NCBI GenBank assembly: GCA_002269645.1
Contig: NIVC01001341.1
Location: 62,001 to 126,000, forward strand
Direction of reading: 5' to 3'
From: Macrostomum lignano
Lineage: Eukaryota
DNA: 64,000 bases
The notes beneath the pieces were generated by a model that was not told the origin of the DNA, ran no database searches, and saw only the letters and a list, made by a program, of their open reading frames with translations. Positions 43,408 through 55,501 of this stretch are shown one piece after another (position 1 is the stretch's first letter; every line of letters begins with the position of its first letter). A program made the translations under genes and the position numbers.

Positions 43408-46400
43408 ATGTCTTCATACCCTGCTTTTCTATCACCGCCTCGTCTATGTCACCTAAAAAAGTGGACAACATTCGCCGGTTATGGATTCAACCTGCACGCT
43501 GAAAAAGGCAAAGCTGGCCAGTATATTGGGAAAGTTGATCCAGACTCTCCTGCTGAACATGGCGGTCTGAAAACAAAGGACTATCTGGTTGAAGTAAACA
43601 GTGTCAACGTTGGTAAGTACTAAAATTGGTCTAAATCATTAGAAAAATTATTTAGCAAATTTACTTGACTTATTTTTTTTCAAATGGGTATTACTATTAG
43701 TAATTAGTTGGATCATTTTCATATTTGTAAAGGCAATTGTTAGTGATATTTGTGGTAAATAGCTAGTTTTATTACTATGTACTGCAAATAGTTGAAGGAG
43801 TAAACTAAATTATTTCAAAGGGCTTTGCTTGGCTTGTTTCCTTTTTATTAAAACATAATTTAAATATTATTTACTTTTATGAGTTGCTTTGCATAAACTA
43901 CTTTAAAATGCATCTAGCTGTGTAGATGTTTTTTTAACTAAATTATTTTCTAAATAAGAACTATAATTATATTTTACTTAACTTAAAATTACTATGCGTT
44001 TCTGAATGCTATTAAGAGTTTTGTTATATTTTATATTGTATTTAAAGTGCTAAAATTTTAATTGTGAAAAATATATAACACTTTACAGATATTTATAAAT
44101 TATAAAATACTACAATAAAAACTGTTTTTCTACAGTTCCATCAAGAACTCATCACATGCATTCTAATTTCAGAGGATCTCTCCCACCAAAAGGTAGTGGA
44201 AATAGTCAAGGAAATGCCCAACTCAGTCACAATGCTAGTTGTGGACTATGAAGCCTACAAGCACTGCAGGGAGAATGGCGTCTCCATCAATTCTAGCATG
44301 CCTGAAGTAGTTTCTTTCACTACGCCAGACAGTCAGCCATCTGCCACTGCTGCTGGCGTTGACGAGAAACAAGAGAAACCAATTGAATCAGTGGTAAGAA
44401 GTTTTGTTATAATGTAATGCTCAAATTTTATTGTTTATAAACCATACATAAATGTGATTGGTGTATTCGTTACATAGCTTCAAATGTTAGACACAATCCT
44501 TATATAATATGACATGTTAGAAATCATTTAGCTACATATCGATATTTCATGGAAAGTATTAATTTGATAAGATAAGATTGCGGCCAAGCTATCAGCAGGC
44601 ACAAACAAAAGCCCCCAACAATACACACACTAAGCCTACAATGATACGGAAGGACCTGACCACCGAAAGCCCCGTTGAGCCATCGACTGAATTTACTGAT
44701 CGTGCTCAAGAAGATGAAGATGAGAATGTTATGCCAGTAGATCAGGAAGTCATCGCCAACCCGCTAGCTGTAGAGGTAATTCGCAACTGACGGTAAAATC
44801 AATATTTATTTGTTTCATTTATCCGCTTTTACAACCTGCCAATAGCTAATCCGATAATCCAGCACGCTCTTTGTGCTTTAACGCAACTAATCTTTGAAGC
44901 TTTTCTCTTATTCTGGTCAGAAAATCCATAATCTTGAATAGGGGTGCATTTTTTCAGAGCAGGTCGATGAGCCGCCTGTTTGACTTCGGAAGCACGCTCT
45001 TTGCGTCTTTGTGCTGGGCTGCTGGCTGAGCTCAAAATTTAATTTTATGCGCCTGACTTTGCTGCGATCGAAGCAAAATGTTAAATGATTTTTATTTTTA
45101 AGCTAACCAATTTCCTGTTCTATAAGTGAATGAAACTTGATCAGGCTTCTGATGGAAGATTATGGCCATAGACATATTAAAGTCCGTCTCAGTCTTCAAC
45201 AAATAGCCAGAGTTCTGTCAGCTACCATAGACACTCAGCGACATATCTTTAAGTCGTAGATATAAGATCGGCACAGCATATCAAAAGATAAGCTTTGGGT
45301 CGGCCTCCTATTGAAAGCAATAACAATTTTTGCGCTAAAAATGAAACCTTTCCATCTCCACTGCGTATTTTTTTAGAACAAAACCTGTCTCCTAAAATTT
45401 TCCAAGAGGTTTCCCGTCTTGGAAAACATGCACTAATTTAGAAAATTGGTTTTTAAAAAAACCACCGATCATACGGCAAGAAAGAATAAGTTAAAATTTC
45501 ATAATGGAGAACCAATATTTGCCAATGCTAGTTTAACAAAAGATCCCTAGATCAGATATCTTTATCCCCAACAATGCTTTGCTCATTTACTTAACTACAG
45601 TTACCTCCTTTTCCGCTGGCCGCTAAATTTAAGCACTATGGGTCGGGGCTAACACCTTCTTGTGAGCATATTCACCATGCATATGCATATACCTAAGGCA
45701 ACATTGAGCAGTTTAGGGTTTCTTCCTCAGCTAAAAAACTTGCCCCCCCCCCAAAAAAAAATCGAAGTTGGATAGAATGCAAGACAGACCCGAGACGCGA
45801 CTAAGGATTACTTGTAGCTGTGTGCTCTTTTTGCCAATTCTTGACCAAACTTGATATTTGATCTGCGAAACTAAACCCGTATAGCCTTGGGCCTCTCGAC
45901 TCTCTTGAGTACTTATTGAGTGCAATGGCAGTTTCATACTCAGTTGCCTAAGCTGCCGAGTTTTCCTACGGGTATATAATATTGGAAAAGTAAAAACGCC
46001 TACAATGATCTAACTATTGAAGCTAAAATGCTTTTTGGCGTCTCTTCAAGGGCCTTCAATGCTCAGGAGAATGACTCATCTGTCTGATTCCCGATGCATG
46101 AGTTGCAGCACAAAATATTATTTAGCGTGCTTTAATTGAAGGGGCTGCAACCCTCAGGGGCGCCAATATTTGCTGGACGCCCCCTGTCTTTTGGTTGGCG
46201 CCCCTGTCTCTTGGTGGGCGCCCCTGTCTCTTGGTGGGCGCCCCTGTCTCTTGGTGGGTGCCTCTGTCTCTTGGTGGGCGCCCCTGTCTCTTGGTGGGTG
46301 CCTCTGTCTCTTGGTGGGCGCCCCTGTCTCTTGGTGGGCGCCCCTGTCTCTTGGTGGGCGCCCCTGTCTCCTGGTGCTCATCCATAACATTATACTCAAG

Positions 46401-47662
46401 TTCTATCTAACAGGTTTTGTGTTATTATAACAGCAGCGCTTAGCAACAAAATTGCCAATTTAAAGCAACTAAATTAGCCTACAGCCTGCGCTTTTTATCG
46501 CAATCATGACAGGCTTGTTAATCAAACAGTCAAATCTACATTGGCCTATTTGTGCAGGTAGCATAAATTAGTTTATAAAATCCAATTTAGCAATATATAC
46601 GTACATGTGAGTGTCGAGGGCAGACTAGTTTGGCGGTTGTATTATATTGCATTCTGAACGTTTGCGCAGAACTAACTAGCATTCTACACTAGCCGTCCCT
46701 GCTCTAGTCTCAAGTCTTGCATAATTAACTAACCAACGCTCTCATTAATTATGCATCCTAAAGTTGCCGAGTTAGCTCTTGATTAGAAAAAACACATAGC
46801 AGAGGGAAAGAGAGAAGAGGTGAGTTAGAAATGCGAAAAAGTTTTAAGCCGCAGTAAACAAGCACAAAATGGCTAGATTTTTTTGGTTTATTTTTTTGCT
46901 TCTAACTTTTCAACCGGCTAAAATGTTAGCAAACTATTTTTTGGCGACAGTCATTTTTATTAAAAGTGCAATTTGTTATTTTTTCGAAAAGATACCTTTA
47001 TGAGTGGACACCCCAGTAAGAAGCGGACACCCCAATAATGAGTGGACACCCCAGTAAGAAGCGGACACCCTAATAATGAGTGGACACCCCAGTAAGAATC
47101 GGAAACCCCAATAATGAGTGGACACCCCAGTAATGAGTGGACACCCCAGTAAGAATCGGACACCCTAATAATGAGTGGACACCCCAGTAAGAAGTGGACA
47201 CCCCAATAATGAGTGGACACCCAAATAAGAAGCGGACACCCCAATAATGAGTGGACACCCCAGTAAGAAGCGGACACCCTAATAATGAGTGGACACCCCA
47301 GTAAGAATTGGAAACCCCAATAATAAGTGGACACCCCAGTAAGAAGCGGACACCCCAGTAAGAAGCGGACACCCTAATAATGAGTGGACACCCCAGTAAG
47401 AATTGGAAACCCCAATAATGAGTGGACACCCCAGTAAGAAGCGGACACCCCAATAATGAGTGGACACCCAAATAAAAAGCGGACACCCCAATAATGAGTG
47501 GACACCCAAATAAGAAGTGGACACCCCAATAATGAGTGGACACCCCAGTAAGAAGTGGACACCCCAATAATGAGTGGACACCCCAGTAAGAAGCGGAAAC
47601 CCCAATAATGAGTGGACACCCCAGTAAGAAGTGGTAATGAGTTGCTTCGCTCCGATCACCCC

Positions 47663-47716
<54 letters not shown>

Positions 47717-47963
47717 GCATCAGCAGCAGCAGCATCATCAAGCTGAAGCTTCGCCAGCAAAGCACCGAGAGGAACCGCAGTCGGCAGCGACTTCAAACGG
47801 TTCATCAGCATCAGCAGCAACATCTTCGCCACTACCGAAGGACCCCGTTGGCAACTTGAGTCTGGAAGAGATGAGAGCAAAGATTGGTAACAATCGGAGA
47901 ACTCAAGTGAAAATGAATCCGTCATCATTCTCAGAGAAGTACAGCGTTTTTCAGGCTCTGTGA
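43408..47963 (+). CDS. NHERF: NHERF/EBP50-like PDZ scaffold protein (one PDZ, polyQ, C-terminal ERM-binding-like tail)
   Basis: Exons 43408-43612, 44173-44393, about 44599-44775, about 47667-47963 with compatible phases. [37 protein letters not shown]...VNV|EDLSHQKVV; tail [11 protein letters not shown]...[11 protein letters not shown]. Confidence 0.88.
46175..46372. repeat. 20-bp minisatellite gcgcccctgtctcttggtgg
   Basis: Same family as 5033-5475. Confidence 0.95.
46995..47635. repeat. 38-bp (2 x 19) minisatellite gagtggacaccccagtaagaagcggacaccccaataat
   Basis: Direct reading; ends just upstream of the NHERF last-exon acceptor. Confidence 0.95.
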
Positions 47964-48059
47964 CTCACTGGTGGTAGGAGTTGTCGCCTTATTGACAGTG
48001 TGCGAACGGGACACTGAACGAGAAATTCTAATACTGCATATATTCATGAGTACTTCATC

Positions 48060-48790
48060 AAACGAGGCTCTGACATCCCTTTTAATGAGGCTCTGAAACC
48101 CCATTTAATGAGGCTCTGACACCTCATTAAATCAGGCTCTGACAACCATTTAATAAGGCTCTGACACCCCCATTTAATTAGGCTCTGACAACCATTTAAT
48201 TAGGCTCTGACACCCCATTTAATGAGGCTTTGACACCCCATTTAATGAGGCCCTGACACCTCATTAAATCAGGCTCTGACAACCATTTAATAAGGCTCTG
48301 ACACCCCCATTTAATTAGGCTCTGACAACCATTTAATTAGGCTCTGACACCCCATTTAATGAGGCTTTGACACCCCATTTAATGAGGCCCTGACACCTCA
48401 TTAAATCAGGCTCTGACAACCATTTAATGAGGCTCTGACAACCCCTTTTAAGGAGGCTCAGAGCCTTATTAAATGAGGCTCTGACACCCCATTTAATGAG
48501 GCCCTGACACCATATTAAATGAGGCTCTGACACCCCATTTAATAAGGCTCTGACACCTCATTAAATCAGGCTCTGACAACCATTAAATTAGGCTCTGACA
48601 CCATATTAAATGAGGCTCTGACACCCCATTTAATAAGGCTCTGACACCTCAATAAATCAGGCTCTGACAACCATTTAATAAGGCTCTGACAACCCTTTAT
48701 AAGGAGGCTCTGACACCATTTAATGAGGCTGTGACACCCCATTCAATAAGGCTCTGACAACCCTTTTAAGGAGGCTCTGACACCTCACTT
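48060..48790. repeat. 20-23-bp minisatellite aatgaggctctgacaccccattt
   Basis: Direct reading. Confidence 0.94.
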
Positions 48791-50146
48791 TGGCCGCCCT
48801 TGTACCTCATCTACGAGTCGGACATTCACTGACACTTATCTCAGTGCCTCCTGACATTGTAGTTGATGAACTGACTCATAGAGATACTGTTTGAGTTTAC
48901 CATAATTGCAGTGCCACTTTGCTAAAAAATTATAATTTCAAAGTTTGCCTTCTGGCACCAGTGTTTTGCAGTGTCATTAAGTTGTGTTTTTTAAATTGGA
49001 ACTGAAAACTAATTCTTAGCGCTAATCGTGTTTTAATCGATACCGTGCCTCACAAAGTATTTATTCAAATCTGCTTTATTATGATAATATTCGCCTTTTA
49101 TTAATTATGTAATTAGTCAAATTCATTTTTCATTCACCAGCAAATCGATATTCACAGTTGCAAAGCTTTATCACAATATTAACTTGAATCTCAATCTAAT
49201 TTACAGGAGTTTTTCTTTTTTAAACAAAATTCAGATTCTGTGTGTTAACTTTTACGTAACGAACTACTGCTGGTCTTATTTGGGCAGTAGTTTTCACTGA
49301 ATAAAATATTTATTTGCAATCCTTAACTGGTCAGCACTTTTCGCTTTTGTTCACAGTTAAAACTATGAACTAATTACAACATTTTTAGCTTCTAGCAGCT
49401 AAATTAGCGAAAAACACTGTTTTACTACTGAAAAAAGTGTGTAGCAAGTAGAACAGTTTGAGTTTTGTTTTCCTTTTTCGTGTGCGCCTGTATAACCGCT
49501 TATCATTTACTATTTAATCTCGTAATTATAAAAGAAGTGCAATGCGTGAAACTGCAAACCATCCGATTCAAATTTATTAAAATCCACATTTGATGCTGTG
49601 TCTTTTTGAGAATTATTTGTTTAGAATTGAGAATGGGTATACGGGATACATGTAATTATTTAACGCAAGCGACAACCAAGTAGTAAAATATAGTAGAAAA
49701 AATACTGTACTGTTTAATACTGTATTTATATCAACTTCACGATAGCAACATAAAAAAAAACAAATCTGAAGCAAAAATCCTAAACATTTTCTTAATGAAA
49801 TTTTGTCTATGGTAAGAGTGTGGGGGCTTCGCCCCCATACCCCCAGCAGGGGCTTCGCCCCCACACCCCATCACCAACTTAACCATAGACATACAAGTAT
49901 GGCTCCGGGATTTCGGCTCTCAGGATTTAAATAAATACAACCCTAAAAACCATGCATATCTTCTACTTATTAGAAGAGCAGTAGTACGTACCTTACACTC
50001 TTAACTACCATTCCTTATTCAAGTCAAGGACCACTAAAAGTTACCGTTGTATCTTTGCTGCAACGATAACTTCTATAGTAGTCCTTGCCTTTATTCTTAC
50101 TACGATTACGACTCGTATTTGATTGCATCCTCACAAAGAACCCGCG

Positions 50147-51927
50147 CTACCAATCAATGGTTGCATCAGCCCTCTCTTCGTCCTGATGAAAATCGAACGA
50201 TAAATCCTCGTCAGGATGAGCGGCAGTCCACTCCGCCGCGGCAAGTTCGAAATCAGCGTTTAACGACTCAGCGTCCGCCTCGTCTCTGTCTCTGTCGTCG
50301 TCAAGCTCAACGTCGTAGCCGATTGCGGCTCCGCTGTCCACTAGTGCGTCCAGGTTTTCCAGTTCGCGCTCCAAAATAACGCCGGCAAGCGCCAGTCGGT
50401 CCGGTGCCTGCTCGGGGTCGATTTTTTCCTCCTGCACCGTCGAACGTCCGCTGCTCAACGTCACGTCGTCCTCATCTAATTGCTGACGTTGGCGAGCTTC
50501 AGAGTCGAGTAGAATCACCGTGGCAACTTCGACGTCGCGAAGGGCCATGCTGCGCGACAGTTCGACTAGTTGCGGAGCTTCTTCCGGTTCTCGACGCGGA
50601 GGTCGCCTGTAAGCTGATTCCGCCACCACTGCCACCGCCGGCTCCTCTTGAACTGTCCGTGGGGACGAGGTGGAAGAAGTCGAGGTCCGACCGGCGGCAA
50701 CGTCGGACGCGGCGCCTCTTAGGTAGGCGACCAGCTCTCGGTCCTCGTCTTCCTCGGTATTCAACAGCATTCTTGTTGCCGCTGTTTCTGGTATTGAAGA
50801 TGGTTGTTGATCTGTAGGATATCGATTGGTCTATCTGTCTTATAGTGTCTGTCTGTCTGTCTGTCTGTGTGTTCATTTTATTTTATTTTATTATCTTTCT
50901 ATTCTGACAACAACATGAAAGTTAAATAGTTAAATAATTGACAAAAATTCCTACCTTCAAACTTGTCTTTGCGCGAATGGCTATTATTTTTATAACTCGG
51001 CTTCCTCGAAGGAGCCTGAACTGGGTGATTAGGCAGACTCTCCCAAACATTCCGGGCCTCCTCTATCCAACACGTCAGTTCCGCTGCCGCACTGGCCTCT
51101 GCACAGTCGTATTGAGTGCAACAATCTGTGACAGGTCTCAGCTCCGACGGCGGAGGCATATCCGACACCACGTCCTGCTCTTCCAGCTCGTAGAAGTCGA
51201 AAACTCGCTCTACTTTTCCCCTGGCAACAGACAGCGGAGGCTGGTCGGACAGAAACGAGGAAAATACTGCTATTGCTTTTTCTTCGTCTATCATCACTTC
51301 AACGTCATTTTCAGTGTCTGACTCAGAGGAGTCGTCCTCAAAATGGGAGTCTTCACTGGACCCTGGCACTGTCGTCAGTCTGACGTTAGGAGTCCAGATC
51401 CATTCGTCTTCCTCAATGGCAGCATTGGAGTGCAGGCCGCAGAGCCGATCAAACAACAGCTGCGGCTGCGGCTCTTCTGCAATCGTGCTGGCTGTCTGAG
51501 CCGGCTTCTGCTTTTTGCGTCGTTTGCGTCGATCGAGAATGGAGAAGTGGCTGTCCCGATCCTCTGGAGGTGGCGGAGCCGCCCACAGTTTTCGGGAGTG
51601 TCTCTGCTGCTGAATGGGTTCCTTCTGCTCAGGAGCTAGGCTGACAGCGCCGCTAGCCGAAGATGGACCTTCGGCTACGTCAACTGATTGTCGATTGCGG
51701 TGACGACGAAGAACAACATCCGCGGCGCTGGTTTGAACGACGGTTTTACCGTCGGACGGACTCACGGATGGGCCAGGGACCACGGGTCCGGTGTGAGCGA
51801 ACTCAACCACGAGCGGATAGTCGCTAGCCAAGCTGAGCAGTTCGCTCACTTCCTTGGGGTGAGCACTAGCGCCAGCCGCTTTGATGTTGACATAGATGCC
51901 GAGGATTCGATCGCCTGAAGTGTTCAT
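50147..51927 (-). CDS. Two-exon orphan gene, 545-aa acidic low-complexity protein with basic NLS-like stretch
   Basis: Exons 51927-50955 and 50811-50147 joined by a phase-1 intron (GAA G|gtagga...cctacag|AT); total 1638 nt, in frame; RRKRRKKQK; no recognised domain. Confidence 0.7.
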
Positions 51928-52249
51928 GGATTTTATGTACTGTAGCTTGTGCAGTCCCGAGTCTAAACTACCTTAGTATCTTCTATCGTTGACCTACCTT
52001 CGCTGACTCCGTCTCTGGAGCAGCGAGATCCGGCGCCAGGACTCGTGGCAACCAGTATTTCGCCTTCGCTATTTCGACAGACTTTGAAGCGTAAGTCATC
52101 CGGTGCGTTGACTTTTACTCCGATAGTGTGCTGGAATAAGCAGTTTAGTGTTATTTTCAGTCTTTAATAACTCAAGATGACGACCGAGAATACATGAAAA
52201 ACAATTTTTTCTTAGAGCTGTGGGCTTTCTGGCGAAACGTTTTTCTCCG

Positions 52250-52370
52250 TCAGGCACGTACTCATACACACGCTCACACAGGGTGTACAGCGGCCCTGAC
52301 TTTCTATCATCAGGCATGTACACTCTCTGTGCTTTACGTTCGTTTAGGTGCTCAAGGGCAAAGTACGTGC
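52250..52370 (-). mobile_element. Diverged SINE family A fragment
   Basis: gtgtacagcggccctgacttt...aggcatgtacact matches the family body. Confidence 0.6.
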
Positions 52371-52385
52371 CAACAGAGTTGAAAA

Positions 52386-52807
52386 TCAACTCACAGAGTC
52401 ATTTTGGCCTTTTTTACTATGATGCTTTTGCGTCGGCGCTCTTGCTGCTACCAGTGTCCCAGTGCCTTCCTCCGCGAATCGAATATTCTGACTTTGGCTC
52501 TCGAATTGGTTCTCGTAGTTATTGGCAATCGTGGTATGGTTACCTGCTGATTAAGGTGTGAATTATGGAAATCCTGCAGGTTAACTGCAAATACTGCATC
52601 AATCTATCCCTAGAATTAAAGTATCAAACATGGCTTACCCACTCTGCCGCCAGTGATACCGTGCCTTGGCCTCCATCGCTTGGCCAGAAGACAGATCACA
52701 ATGGCGGTAATGCAGGCGCATGCTAAGACAGTCAGTCCCACTGACATACCAACAGCTGCCGCAACTGACAGAGGCTGACCGGACTCTGTGGACATGTCCC
52801 CGACCAC
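52386..52807 (-). CDS. Last two exons of a putative single-pass membrane protein gene
   Basis: Exon 52807-52639 (cag|GTG...G|gtaag) encodes AVGMSVGLTVLACACITAIVICLL followed by AKRWR. Exon 52543-52386 (phase-1 match) encodes a tail with NNYEN. Upstream exons unresolved. Confidence 0.5.
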
Positions 52808-55501
52808 CTGTCGACTAGAACTGCCAACTAAACTTTTCGAAGCAAAGGCTGAGGGCGAAATGCGCCAGGATACTCTACTCTTACTGGCCCATTGTCGGGG
52901 TCATGCTGGGGTTATATGGACAAGTGCTCGTATCAACGCAATGCAAGAGAGAAAGAAAAACACAGTGAATGCATTTAGTCGAAATTCTGTCCCAACTCTC
53001 TGAACAGCTTCATTCAGACCTCATACGAACGTATTTGACAAGCGCAAATTGCCAAGAGATGCACAGCACAATAAGGCGTATGGCCTGACCACCTGCCCAA
53101 TGTGACTAAACAATTCTAGTAGCTCAGTTTGTCCGCCCAGTTTTGTCTCTCTCTCTCTCTCTCCCTCCCTCACTCTGCCTACTGTATAGCTCTTCAAATT
53201 CCACACACTTCTATCGACATTGGGTCTTGACTGTTGCGTTCTTGATAATTCAATTCTCTCTAGCTTCATTGGTAGGAATTCTTGGAATTTCTCGCTCTCA
53301 ACTCATTGTATTTACCGCAATATCTTTTTCATCTGTTTATGGTTTTCTAGATCTATTGATGAAAATGTGTAGCTAGTTTTTGTAAACTGCCGAAGGTTGA
53401 GCAAGAAGTCTGATGTACATTCTGAGGGAGTATACTCTAAAGGGCTTAACACTTCAAGTTATTCTCAGGGCCAAAATTTGGTTTCCATTTAAACCTTGTA
53501 AACCACAGAATACGAGTACACCAGTCGGCTCAATCGACCCCCTCTGCTTCATGACGTGCTACCCCTGGGACCCTGAGCTCACAAAGTTTACCATAGACAA
53601 CTAAAGGATTTTCAGTATCCAATCGGTGCGAACGGACGAGCAATCCATGGTTGCATATCCTGCAACTATTTGAATTTAGCACGCAAAAGCGATGATGGCT
53701 GAGATGCTAGCAGCATCTTATTTGCCCGGCAAAAAGCTGAACTTGAGCCGGAGAAAACTTCTGTAAGGAAATGAAGAACCGTATAAATCATAACTATGGT
53801 TATTCAACCAAGCAGAGCACAGGAAGTGCAGAGTCGTGTTGTGTTTTCACTGTATTTGTATGGGCTTTCTGGTTAATAATAGATTGTAGGGTAGCATTGC
53901 AGCATGTTTCGCCAGCAAGTTTTCCATGTTTCTTTTCCAGATGTGACGCTCAGACTAATCAATGTCAGAAAAACCGGATCATTCGAAATTCGAAGTGATG
54001 ATTAATGCTCCTGTGCCACACATTTTGGCGACAATGCAACATCGAATAATTGACTCAAAAATCAATGATCAGCGAAAAAAAGCCAATTTTTTATCCTATG
54101 CACCTTGATTCGGATATTAAGTACGCAGGTCATAAAACACGTTCACTGATTGTCATGCTCTCAAGCTGTTATAATTGAATTTCTGTTAACCGACATACTT
54201 AAACAGGGAGCATTAGAAATGAGAACGACTCAACTCTGAATATACACTTTCTAAGAAGAATAATACTCAGTTCGCTGCCCTGACCTGCTTGAGGGGAAGA
54301 GAGCGAACTTGGGATAGACACTATAGCAGCCATAGTGTAGGAGAGCCAGCTTGATGGGAACCGCTCAAAGCCAAGTCAGTCAGAAGTGGATTTCCCTCAG
54401 CTGTCCAAGGAGGAGCGATAGCGGAAGAGACGGCCATGCGATAGCTAGCTAGCTGCAGTAGTGTTAGTCTAGAGCTGAACTTTCAGGCGTGCAGGATGAA
54501 AGCGCTCTCGCCATGGATATGGCATTAACTCTTGTGTATATATATTACATGCTTAATGAGCCGCAATGTCAATCGCTAACTCCGCTTTCACGCCTTGTTA
54601 GATGCGAAGTGGTGTGGTGGGGGGGGGTGCAGAGTTATCTTCTCAAAATAATTTTCTTATATTCGCCTTTCTATAAGCTTAGTTGACACACTTAGCACGT
54701 CCGCAATGCCGAGATTCTCGCCAACACATCTGGATATGCAATTAGATTTTTGATTTTTATTTCGTGTGCGCGACATATGCTTTGAGTCTTTAGCAAGACA
54801 GTCTTTTTTAAGTGTCTTCCTCCTCGGTTACAAGTCAGAAGCATGCAGCCCTACAAGGTCACTTGCTAAATACAATTAACGCAAGGTCAATATTATATTT
54901 TAAAGTATTTTTTAAGTGAAAACCTTTTTAGTTTAAGGGCAAGATAAAGAATCTAACGCAATACTTGCTCGCCAGAGAGGAGAAAAGAAGATGGGGAATA
55001 CTAGTAGAGAAGAAAGGGGAAGAGAGAAGAGAGAGAGGGTAGATAAGGGGGAGGGGTGAGAGGGAGAGGGGGAATAGTCCTTAAACCCTAAGGCAATGGT
55101 GTGGTAACGCAGATATTTTAGCGAAATGCCGATATTTCGAATATTTGATATTATAAGAAAAGAGAGGGGAAAGGTGGGTAGAGAGGAGAGAGGAGAGAGG
55201 GGAGAGAGCTGGAAACGGAGGGTAAAGAGGAGAGAGCTAAGATGGGAGATGACAGAGGAGAGGATAAAAAAAGAGAAGAGAGCTGAGAAGAGACACAAAC
55301 CTTAAGCGGGCCGGTTTGCTATTGTGAAGTTCAAAGAACCCGAGGGTTGGATAGAGAGGCTTCGCGGGCCGCATGTGGTCGGAGACATTGTGGTAGCTCT
55401 TGGAGATTTATTTATAGGGTTTCCAATAGGGAAGCAAGCGTTAAAAAACAACAATTATTAGCCCTGTACAAGCTTCAATCTAAATCAGTTCGGATTAAAA
55501 C

